This document shows positions 56,801 to 64,000 of a stretch of DNA of 64,000 bases, piece by piece (position 1 is the stretch's first letter; each line of letters opens with the position of its first letter). The DNA comes from Acinetobacter phage ZZ1. The stretch lies in sequence record NC_018087.3; one strand, 5' to 3'. A program made the translations under genes and the position numbers. Under the pieces are notes generated by a model. The model was not told the origin of the DNA and did no database searches. It saw nothing but the letters and a program-made list of their open reading frames with translations.

Positions 56801-56939
56801 TGTGCCAATGAGTCCATTATTTGATCAGTCTGCTGTAACTTTTGCGCGATATCGCGATCTTGTTAATAAACGACTAAAAGACGATATTGGTAATCCTCGT
56901 GATCCTAAAGAACCAACACAGGTAAAAGTTAATGAATGA
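53859..56939 (+). CDS. 7: baseplate wedge initiator gp7
   Basis: 1026 aa (T4 1032 aa); synteny. Confidence 0.75.
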   Translation: MTVKAPTVTSLTVSKLSANSLQLTWDDVGENFYYLVEMTKTRDLGEATWVSLGYTADNLWFSSDLEASTFYKFRVAVTSAGFEQSDWIETEEFETFDQNAYSFELMNELTLNKKFIDEKFIKGNNDYVNFSTDVVWAALTNESFVYSDAYSHISQISNFIIKENEYHEIQGDITPICRDIDRMYLMEDEGILYLFERWQALVKVSNDRGQTWKAVQLMNDRVGWPLSKTVFYQTSTTNYVLGWDKVFYGRKSTDVRWSSDEVRMSSDDITFAKIGDTLQLGFDVNIFGTYASLPGDVAKIAEAITCNDDYIYVVARDKVRFAKAKNAPIDTDEQSPTYKEKLFEKESHSITGNPKVVTWKMDCVDGKIFALVVGEMAQEKQDPRKFPILDSKDKGVYILEDHDTGKWTRIFGNTEEERRRIEVGYTNMSCDDRELFISSSNWHALPEDIVPDTELPEKYPNEVVTAVKQLYPDQWIHDKHYLMMSFRANGHDGWDKWAPGRMRYYAEPFFSKCTNSGTRCWVNNSNKVVMVYSDVEHSYAIDPYTQSSPNRFMKEVWDKGDCTVISPNIEFKNFTQYANGIVFYRYSGELIGYYEFNYRVKDNVRIVWKPSNIFLKAFLRQQTREEPWAPDDNNGYNNPDLRPFLTKMIPDSYLLEDSNFEKFCQYYLQYLSDGYGTPYNNLVNLIRDKYPKEKHSWEYMWSEIYKRNIYLSKEKRDLVARFFETRKNDFYSTKGIEASYKFLFKVLYNEDVEIDIESANGLEYDIIVESDNITEDLAGRTVYTATGRSNVTYIERHYNKGKLQWKLTIHNLMGRFINGQEILSERTNFKGMIVQGVRGKDMSSNTIDYINRGRAYYVMKIKSALPSSRYRDDVLRFVHPVGFGFIGITLITMFINAGLSMKHVETVINTLKNYRWDSGLPSYWPDRVAKFGPDGKIDHDAVTGEPLYNPHPNAGQKFPLRPTYMADNPGLYYGVNADDRRVPMSPLFDQSAVTFARYRDLVNKRLKDDIGNPRDPKEPTQVKVNE

Positions 56940-57936
56940 TAGTTCAATGATTTATCGAGCGATAATCACATCAAAGTTTCGCACAGAAAAAATGCTCAAC
57001 TTTTATAATTTGATCGGCGACAATGCCGATCAAAATACAATTTATTTGACATTTGGCCGAGATACGGCTTGGTCTGAAATGGAAAATGAACCTGGTTTTG
57101 CCCCTCCATATCCAGTTGATAGCCCACAAGGTGTTCAAGATGTTTGGACTAATATGTTAGGCGCGGTTAAAATTAAACAGTCTTATCTTGATGCCGTAAT
57201 CCCAAGAAAAGACTGGGGTGATTCACGTTACCCGAATCCTCGCACATTCCATGTTGGTGATATTGTTGTAACTAATACTATGCCAAATAATAGAGCACCT
57301 GGTGCCGAAGGTTGGCTAGTATATAAAGTAGTCGATGTTCCTTCAACAGGTACATGTTCGATCTCGACTATTACCAATAAGCCTGAATGTAATAAACTAG
57401 GAGGTAAGTGGACGCCTTCGATTGAATCATTTAATATACCTTCTGGGCGGGGCGATACGGAAGGCCTAGTTGATACTGGGGATGGATATCTTTGGGAATA
57501 TCTTTATGAGATTCCACCTGATGTGTCTATTAATAGATGTACAAATGAATATATTGTTGTGCCCTGGCCTGATGAAATAAAAGCCGACCCTGTTAGATGG
57601 GGGTATCAGCATAATTTATCTTGGCAACAAAATGATTACGGATTAGTCTTTAGAATGAAGACTGTAATTATGCGATTTAAAGCATACTTAGATTCTGTAT
57701 ATTTTCCAGAAGCATCTATTTTGGGTAACAAAGGGTTTAGACAAATTTCTATGATTATGAATCCCCTTGAAGCCAAGCCAAAACCTACGGCGCCTAATGT
57801 CAAGGCAATAAAAGATCATTATTCACAAAGCGGTTTAGACCGACATTCAGGTGAAATGATTTATATAGAAAATAGACAACCTATTATTCGGTCCATGGAC
57901 CAAACAGAGGAAGTCGCAATATTTTTCGAGTTTTAA
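56932..57936 (+). CDS. 8: baseplate wedge protein gp8
   Basis: 334 aa, identical length to T4 gp8; synteny. Confidence 0.75.
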   Translation: MNDSSMIYRAIITSKFRTEKMLNFYNLIGDNADQNTIYLTFGRDTAWSEMENEPGFAPPYPVDSPQGVQDVWTNMLGAVKIKQSYLDAVIPRKDWGDSRYPNPRTFHVGDIVVTNTMPNNRAPGAEGWLVYKVVDVPSTGTCSISTITNKPECNKLGGKWTPSIESFNIPSGRGDTEGLVDTGDGYLWEYLYEIPPDVSINRCTNEYIVVPWPDEIKADPVRWGYQHNLSWQQNDYGLVFRMKTVIMRFKAYLDSVYFPEASILGNKGFRQISMIMNPLEAKPKPTAPNVKAIKDHYSQSGLDRHSGEMIYIENRQPIIRSMDQTEEVAIFFEF

Positions 57937-57938
57937 TT

Positions 57939-57958
57939 AAGGGGCCTTTGTGCCCCTT
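57939..57958 (+). terminator. rho-independent terminator after gene 8
   Basis: AAGGGGC-ctttgt-GCCCCTT followed by A/T-rich sequence. Confidence 0.5.
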
Positions 57959-57966
57959 AAATTTTA

Positions 57967-57974
57967 TATAAATA
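57967..57974 (+). promoter_or_regulatory. T4-type late promoter TATAAATA for gene 9
   Basis: Exact TATAAATA ~24 nt upstream of the gp9 ATG at 57998. Confidence 0.6.
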
Positions 57975-57997
57975 CTAAAAATATAAGGGGACGTAAT

Positions 57998-58876
57998 ATG
58001 TTCAATCAAGAGCCAAAAACTAAAATTGACACTGGCGAGCAAGGTAACGCCTCGACTGGTGATATTCTATACGATGGTGGTAATAAAATTAATTCAAACA
58101 TGGATGCAATTTATAACATGTTTGGAGACCAACGCTTTTATAATCAAGGTGCAGCCGAAGGCAATCAAACAATTCATGCTACAGGCTATTATCAAAAAGT
58201 AGGGGCATTCGATTTTCCAACTCCTGCACCTTTAGGAACAATGTGGGATGTAGATTGTTCAAATGGATCGGTCGCTGTAACAGTTCAGCCTGGTAAAGTC
58301 GGTGAATGTATTGTAGTAGTAAACTCATTAGGTAATTGTAGCACATCTACCCCTATTGTAGTTAGATTGACCGGTGCTGGTTCATTTGTGGGCATTGGAC
58401 GAGATTTGGTAATTACAAGACCATTTTGTCGTGTTGAATGTTGGTGTATTGGTATTGATGCATCTGGAACTCCGATTTGGAATTTTTCACAATCATCAAT
58501 GTTTGGGTCTACAGAAGTACCGATTGAAAAAACAATTAAATTAGATGTAACAAAACCTAATGTTATACCAATTGCCCATGTAGATGAATATACTGCCATT
58601 AAGTTATTAATTAATGTGTCTGATACGGCTAATACTCAATTAAGACAGTCTGAAGCCTTATTATTAATTGAATCTCGTCCTGGTGTTCAAAATGTACATC
58701 ATACCGAATATGCTGTAATACGAGCAGGTCAAACGGTAACTGATCCAGACAACTTAGTAAATATTAAGTATGAAGTCGGTACGGGTTCAATAGTAAACCT
58801 AGTGGCCACAACAAGTAAAGTAAATATGCGAATTGCTGTTAAAAGTATCGCAACACAAAAAATTGGGTCAGCATAA
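57998..58876 (+). CDS. 9: baseplate wedge / long-tail-fibre socket protein gp9
   Basis: MFNQEPKTKIDTGEQGNASTGDILYDGGNKINSNMDAIYNMFGDQR parallels T4 gp9 (MFIQEPKKLIDTGEIGNASTGDILFDGGNKINSDFNAIYNAFGDQR); C-terminus ...VKSIATQKIGSA matches T4 ...VKVIATQKIGVAQ. The start is moved to the internal ATG at 57998 (ORF track gives 57950). Confidence 0.8.
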   Translation: MFNQEPKTKIDTGEQGNASTGDILYDGGNKINSNMDAIYNMFGDQRFYNQGAAEGNQTIHATGYYQKVGAFDFPTPAPLGTMWDVDCSNGSVAVTVQPGKVGECIVVVNSLGNCSTSTPIVVRLTGAGSFVGIGRDLVITRPFCRVECWCIGIDASGTPIWNFSQSSMFGSTEVPIEKTIKLDVTKPNVIPIAHVDEYTAIKLLINVSDTANTQLRQSEALLLIESRPGVQNVHHTEYAVIRAGQTVTDPDNLVNIKYEVGTGSIVNLVATTSKVNMRIAVKSIATQKIGSA

Positions 58877-60687
58877 TGAAAGAAAATTTAAAAATTGGTA
58901 ATGTTGTTGATGACGGCACTGGCGATTACCTTCGCGAAGGCGGTATTAAAATTAATAATAATTTTAATGATTTATACGGTGAATTAGGAGATGGTTCAAA
59001 TCCCCACCCTGCTGGCGCCTGGCAAACTATTAAATCATCAGCATCAAATATATTAGCTGCAAAATTTGGTAAATCATATGCTATTGATACAAATGCAGCA
59101 AGGGTTACAGTTAATTTACCGAAAGGTACAGTTAATGATTATAATAAAGTTATTCGTTTGCGGGATACTTTTGGTACTTGGCAAGCAAACAGTGTAACAG
59201 TTGTACCTGCATCAGGCGATACCTTAAAAGGATCAAGCGATTCACAAGTTTTTGCTACAAATTTAACGGATTTGGAATTGGTGTATTGTGCGCCAGGCCG
59301 TTGGGAATTCTTAGCAAATAAATTACTTAATAAAATTTCAAACGGTGATATTGCAACCGTTATGAAAAAAGAATTTTTATGCACAGAAGGCCAAACTGAT
59401 TTCATTAATATTTTTGGTGATGCGGATTTTAATTTAGTTAATACACATGTATATCATAGAGGTAACTTACTTTACTATGGCGCTAAATTTTCTGCAGATT
59501 CCGATTATGGCTCACCTGGTACAGGAAATACTATTGTGCCATTGGATGGTAAAAGTATTCGATTAAGACAGCCAGCTCGTAAGGGTGACAGCTTAATGAT
59601 CGTCACCTATGTTGATGGTATTGCACAATGGCGTTCTACATATAATCGCTTAGATATTCAGCTATTGGACCAAAAATTAACTGATTTAAAATCTGTTAAC
59701 GGCGCCCAACTTGTAACCGACCTGGCAACTTTAAATACTATTACTCCAGAACAAATGGGATATACCTTAACATCAAATAGCGGATTAATAAATCCTTCTA
59801 CTTTTGAAGTGTATTTAAATGGTGTTATTTTAAATATGGCAGGCAAGGCCGGTACACCATTATTCATTTGTGATGGCGCTAAAGCGGATAATCAATCGGA
59901 TTGTGTTGCATTAGGCGGAGTTTGGAAATTATCAAATACAGATTATGCTTATACCTTAAATGATAATGGCGCAATTGAAAGTATTGAGTTTGGTCGAACT
60001 TTTGAACATGGTGATATTTTAACAATTAAATGGTTTAATAATGATATCGGTACTACTTTAGAGATGGACGATATTATTAATGAAGCTGATAAACACTATA
60101 TTCAACATGGCACTACTTTTAATTTAAATGGTAATATCCGTATTACTGATTTTGATAAACCACAATGGCCAAATATCGAAGCTGTAGGCCAGGAAAAAAG
60201 ATTAGTTCAAACCCCTATTGATCTATTTGAATTGGTATATCCAGTCGGAACAATTTATGAAAATGCAGTGAATCCAAATAATCCTGCAACATATATGGGT
60301 TTTGGTGTTTGGAAACTTTGGGGTCAAAAACAAGTTTTATTTGGTTGGACCAATGACCAGCAAGATACTCAGTTTGGTTTAAATAATAACGACATTGATG
60401 CGAATGGTAATCCAACGGCTACTGCCGGAGGTACGGGTGGCGTACGAGCAATAACATTAGAAAATAATGATTTGCCAGCTACTGTAACCACAGAAAAAGC
60501 ATTAGTTGCGGATGATAATGGTAATATTATCATTGGTGGTTGTCAATTTGATCCTGATGATGGTGGTCCTGCATATAACAAATATAGAGAGGATGTGCTT
60601 AAAACAAATCCAACACACACTCCGCCAAACTCTATTGATATTTTACCGCCATATATTACTGTTTATCGTTGGATGAGGATTGCATAA
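58876..60687 (+). CDS. 10: baseplate wedge / short-tail-fibre attachment protein gp10
   Basis: 603 aa (T4 602 aa); synteny. Confidence 0.75.
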   Translation: MKENLKIGNVVDDGTGDYLREGGIKINNNFNDLYGELGDGSNPHPAGAWQTIKSSASNILAAKFGKSYAIDTNAARVTVNLPKGTVNDYNKVIRLRDTFGTWQANSVTVVPASGDTLKGSSDSQVFATNLTDLELVYCAPGRWEFLANKLLNKISNGDIATVMKKEFLCTEGQTDFINIFGDADFNLVNTHVYHRGNLLYYGAKFSADSDYGSPGTGNTIVPLDGKSIRLRQPARKGDSLMIVTYVDGIAQWRSTYNRLDIQLLDQKLTDLKSVNGAQLVTDLATLNTITPEQMGYTLTSNSGLINPSTFEVYLNGVILNMAGKAGTPLFICDGAKADNQSDCVALGGVWKLSNTDYAYTLNDNGAIESIEFGRTFEHGDILTIKWFNNDIGTTLEMDDIINEADKHYIQHGTTFNLNGNIRITDFDKPQWPNIEAVGQEKRLVQTPIDLFELVYPVGTIYENAVNPNNPATYMGFGVWKLWGQKQVLFGWTNDQQDTQFGLNNNDIDANGNPTATAGGTGGVRAITLENNDLPATVTTEKALVADDNGNIIIGGCQFDPDDGGPAYNKYREDVLKTNPTHTPPNSIDILPPYITVYRWMRIA

Positions 60688-61343
60688 TGAGCAAAAATTT
60701 TCAATTAGCCCAGAACTTTTCTCGTGAAGCATCACATCATGAGTTTGATGTTAAAAAGGGTAGCATTATTGTAGGCAATAATCAGCCAATCGGTTCCCCT
60801 TCAATTAGTCAAAGTCAAAAGGGAATTAAAGTGCCTAATGTAGAAGATGCGATTAATGATGTCGCATCTTTAACAATTTTACCTTTAAATACTATTATTA
60901 TTAATGATGATGGTAATAGCCCACAAGGTATTTCTCAGATTGATGAATTTAAGTTTATTGGCTCGATTAAAGACCCATCAAAACAAACGGGTGATGAAGT
61001 AAAATTTGATTTCTATGGGTTCGTAGTACCTGTAAAAATTGGAGATAACGCAGAAGAAGTTGCAGCCAAAGTTAAACTTGAATTAGATTTGGCTAAATCG
61101 GCAGGTATAGTTTTCAATAGAGTAGAAAATGGTGCCACTTTAGATATTCTTCAATTGACTTATAATGATGTTCAAAGCCATGAATTAGATGATTTAGTAC
61201 AATATACAATGCGAGTTACTCAAAATACTGTATCTCCGGCTAGAGGTGGCTACGGTATATGGAATCGAATTGGAACTCAAACTATAACTTTAGACGGTAC
61301 TACAAAACCTACAATTTTATATTATTTTAAACGAGAGGGTTAA
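60687..61343 (+). CDS. 11: baseplate wedge protein gp11
   Basis: C-terminus GGYGIWNRIGTQTITLDGTTKPTILYYFKRE parallels T4 gp11 ([31 protein letters not shown]). Start set at the ATG at 60687 (ORF track gives 60669, overlapping gp10). Confidence 0.75.
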   Translation: MSKNFQLAQNFSREASHHEFDVKKGSIIVGNNQPIGSPSISQSQKGIKVPNVEDAINDVASLTILPLNTIIINDDGNSPQGISQIDEFKFIGSIKDPSKQTGDEVKFDFYGFVVPVKIGDNAEEVAAKVKLELDLAKSAGIVFNRVENGATLDILQLTYNDVQSHELDDLVQYTMRVTQNTVSPARGGYGIWNRIGTQTITLDGTTKPTILYYFKREG

Positions 61344-61344
61344 G

Positions 61345-62877
61345 ATGGCTGAGACTCCATTAAATAATACATTTAAGCATATTTCGGATGAATCTCGATA
61401 TACATATTTTGACCCAACTGGTACTTTATTTCCGGCTACAGTCAAAACTGTTCAAGAAGCTTTAGCTTTAACATCGCCGACTACATATGCTACTACAACG
61501 CAAGCTGGTACTATTCAGCTTGCAACACAAGCTGAAGTAACTGCAGGTGTTAATAATACAAAAGCAGTTACACCGGCTACATTAGCAGAACGTTTGAAAT
61601 ATCCTGATGCTACTACAACTGTTAAAGGTATTGTATTTTTGGCAAGTAATGCGGAAGCCCAAGCCGGTACAGTAGCAACAAATAAAGTGGTTAATCCTGC
61701 TGCATTAAAATATACTCTTGATTGGTGGTGGGCAAATAAACGCGCCACAGAAACTGCCAATGGTGTGCTTAAATTATCTACGCAAGCTGCGGCACAAGCT
61801 GGAGTAGATGATACTACTGCAATGACTCCATTAAAAGTCAAACAAGCAATTAATTCGGCTACAAGTAATTTACCTGTTCCGGTTAAAGCTACAGAAAGTG
61901 TGCAAGGTTTAGTAACATTAGCAACAGTTGCACAAGTCACGCAGGGGACATTGCGTGAAGGGTATGCCATTTCACCATATACCTTGATGCAATTAAAAGG
62001 TAATTTAACTCGATATGGTATTACTCGTGGTGCAACATTAGCGGAAGCTAATGCAGGAACAGCCGATGACTTATATATTTCGGCAAAAGGATTTAAAACT
62101 TATAATGCTAATGATACAAATTTTGGTACAGTTAAGACTACTACTACTGTAAGCCCGACCGCTCAAGCAGGTACAGTTTTAGCATCTAATGCTTCAGTTT
62201 TAGGAACTAATTTAACAACACAACAAACTGTAACTGGTCCAGTTAATTTTAATGGGATAATGAAAAAAGGTAATGTTGATGTTGCTACAACAAAAAATAT
62301 TACTGATGCAACACCAATTGGTGTTATCCAAATGTGGTTAGGTGACCAAGCACCAACCGGTGGGCTATGGGCATTGTGTGATGGCGGTGCAGAGTCTAAA
62401 GCAGCTAGACCTGATTTATTTGCTGTAATTGGTTATAAATTTGGTGGTTCGGGTGATACATTCTATCGCCCAGATATGAGAGGTCTTTATGCTCGTGGTG
62501 CTGGTCGTGGTAAAGACATCATTGCAAACACCGGGTATGATGAGTTCAATAAACCTCTATTAGGTAATGGTGTAGATGGCGGTGTTGTTGGTCAAGTTCA
62601 AAAGCAACAAATTCGCGAACATAAACACATCGTTTCTTGGGGCGAGACTCGTCAAGAGACACCTAACTTCCCATTTGGTGGCACACAGTTAAGTAAATAT
62701 TGGGGGACCGCTGGTCGGGAAGATCATGATAATGGTTGGATGTTCTCTAACGATGGAACAGAATTTGAACCTGCATCAGTGCGGACCGAATATTCTACTG
62801 TCAACTCTAAAGAGTTAATTGGAACAGAGACACGCCCTTGGAGTATGTCTGTAAATTATATTATTAAGGTGGCTTAA
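61345..62877 (+). CDS. 12: short tail fibre gp12
   Basis: 510 aa (T4 527 aa); repetitive G/T/A-rich beta-rich sequence; synteny. Confidence 0.75.
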   Translation: MAETPLNNTFKHISDESRYTYFDPTGTLFPATVKTVQEALALTSPTTYATTTQAGTIQLATQAEVTAGVNNTKAVTPATLAERLKYPDATTTVKGIVFLASNAEAQAGTVATNKVVNPAALKYTLDWWWANKRATETANGVLKLSTQAAAQAGVDDTTAMTPLKVKQAINSATSNLPVPVKATESVQGLVTLATVAQVTQGTLREGYAISPYTLMQLKGNLTRYGITRGATLAEANAGTADDLYISAKGFKTYNANDTNFGTVKTTTTVSPTAQAGTVLASNASVLGTNLTTQQTVTGPVNFNGIMKKGNVDVATTKNITDATPIGVIQMWLGDQAPTGGLWALCDGGAESKAARPDLFAVIGYKFGGSGDTFYRPDMRGLYARGAGRGKDIIANTGYDEFNKPLLGNGVDGGVVGQVQKQQIREHKHIVSWGETRQETPNFPFGGTQLSKYWGTAGREDHDNGWMFSNDGTEFEPASVRTEYSTVNSKELIGTETRPWSMSVNYIIKVA

Positions 62878-64000
62878 TGACAACTAAAGTAGATTTTTTA
62901 CCATATGTAGATGGTATTCCAACAGACGGCCAACACCGTCTTAGTTGGATTCGTAATGGCGACCTTTTAAATGGTTCTGATACAAAATATGGCAATGAAG
63001 GCAATCTAAATGCCTTCGGTGTTGAATTGCAAAAAAATATCGTTTTCTTAGCGGAAAATATTGATGTTTTAGAATCAAATGCTAATATTACACAAGAAGA
63101 ACTTGAAAAAATAAAAGAAATTTTAGGTGAAGTTGGTACAGGTTCTATCGTCGAAAAGGTTAATGCAAATACAGAGAACATTGAATTAATTAATAAAACT
63201 GTTGAAACATTAACAACATCTTTTAATGAAAGTAAATTAATATTAAATCAAGCTGTAACCGATATTGGTATTAGAACTGAATTAAATGGACCTAATAATA
63301 TTTTTACAGATTTAGGTTTTATTAAATCTAGAATTGGTAATAATGAAAATGAGGATATTAGCGGATTACCGAGTGATGGCAATCCCGCCTCTGGAATTAT
63401 CTTAAAAATATTAGATCAAGGAAAACAAATTAATAAAAACTTATCGGATTTAGAAGAATTAAATACAAAGTTTAATGATTCAGATATTAGTGGGTTATCC
63501 CAAAATATTGATAAGTTACGGTTAGAACTTGGTCAATCTCCTGAGCCTAATACTCCGACAGTATATGCTAGACTGAATACATTAGAATCATCAGATAGAA
63601 GTGTTAAAGAACATTTAGATGAGATTGATAATAAAATCGGTTCTGGTAATATATCTGAAAAAGTTGAAATTAATACTGGTATTAAAAAATCAATTGAAGA
63701 TTTAAAACAAAACCAAGATACTCTTTTGACAGATTTGGCTAAAACTAATGAAAGTTTAGAAAATGTAGCAACCAAATCTAATACTAATGAAACAAATATT
63801 GGCACATTAAATGATACTGTAGGTATTAATAATGATAGCCCAAATACTTTGTTACAGAGAACCGCTAATCTTGAAACTGTGCAACAAAATCAAACCACGA
63901 CAATTCAAGATATGGAAGTAATTTTGGGTACAAGCACGACTGGTTTACAAGGTGATGTGCAAAATCTGAAAAAAGCTTTAGATGGTGACAGCTCAGCTAG
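62877..64000 (+). CDS. wac: fibritin (wac), 5' partial - continues beyond window
   Basis: N-terminus MTTKVDFLPYVDGIPTDGQHRLSWIRNG parallels T4 wac (MTDIVLNDLPFVDGPPAEGQSRISWIKNG), followed by a heptad-rich coiled coil. No stop before the window end. Confidence 0.7.
   Translation, partial: MTTKVDFLPYVDGIPTDGQHRLSWIRNGDLLNGSDTKYGNEGNLNAFGVELQKNIVFLAENIDVLESNANITQEELEKIKEILGEVGTGSIVEKVNANTENIELINKTVETLTTSFNESKLILNQAVTDIGIRTELNGPNNIFTDLGFIKSRIGNNENEDISGLPSDGNPASGIILKILDQGKQINKNLSDLEELNTKFNDSDISGLSQNIDKLRLELGQSPEPNTPTVYARLNTLESSDRSVKEHLDEIDNKIGSGNISEKVEINTGIKKSIEDLKQNQDTLLTDLAKTNESLENVATKSNTNETNIGTLNDTVGINNDSPNTLLQRTANLETVQQNQTTTIQDMEVILGTSTTGLQGDVQNLKKALDGDSSA

Noticed and set aside
49724-62000. 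Internal or antisense ORFs inside structural genes (e.g. 49724-49975, 50160-50369, 50772-51068, 52714-52923, 54514-55012, 58285-58599, 59139-59405, 61515-61970)
   Set aside because: They are fully nested in or antisense to long, well-supported baseplate genes. The compositions are biased (A/V/T-rich antisense of G/T-rich fibre repeats) and no RBS context is evident.

Overview
This window reads as a segment of a T4-like (Tevenvirinae-type) myovirus genome; it is AT-rich and the host is not determinable from sequence. From about 1 to 48.7 kb nearly all genes are on the minus strand in T4 synteny. The replication, recombination and late-transcription core is present: gp41 helicase, a split DNA polymerase gene 43 (43B at 11701-12885 and 43A at 14790-16298, separated by a 1.9 kb block of six small ORFs), regA, 62, 44, 45, 46, 47, 55, endonuclease VII (49) and nrdC. 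Next comes an accessory region of mostly unknown function: a paralogous ORF pair, a Walker-A ATPase with a Pol-beta-type nucleotidyltransferase, a DksA/TraR-like zinc finger, a run of signal-peptide/lipoprotein ORFs including a secreted SLT-type lytic transglycosylase, and a free-standing GIY-YIG homing endonuclease. A tRNA island (about 40.4-44.6 kb, minus strand) follows. I parsed 9 canonical tRNAs by hand (Trp, Pro, Tyr, Ser, Asn, Thr, Cys, Met, Arg), one well-formed tRNA whose anticodon reads CUA (amber-reading), and several atypical tRNA-like elements, some flanked by long perfect inverted repeats; ORFs are embedded in the island. Directly beside the island is a 76-aa ORF clearly homologous to the catalytic (GGQ) domain of class-I release factors but with the GGQ motif replaced. 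This RF-like ORF together with the CUA tRNA looks like a possible translation-termination manipulation module and is the most interesting candidate for an undescribed system here. Next come the conserved 57B-57A-1-3-2-4 genes (minus strand), then on the plus strand the baseplate/tail-fibre genes 53, 5 (with lysozyme domain), 5.1-like, 5.4 (PAAR), 6, 7, 8, 9, 10, 11, 12 and the start of wac. T4-type late promoters (TATAAATA) and many palindromic rho-independent terminators are visible. All protein calls rest on my reading of the ORF translations (motifs and recalled T4 homologues) and on synteny; all tRNA calls are manual folds and need tRNAscan-SE/ARAGORN confirmation.
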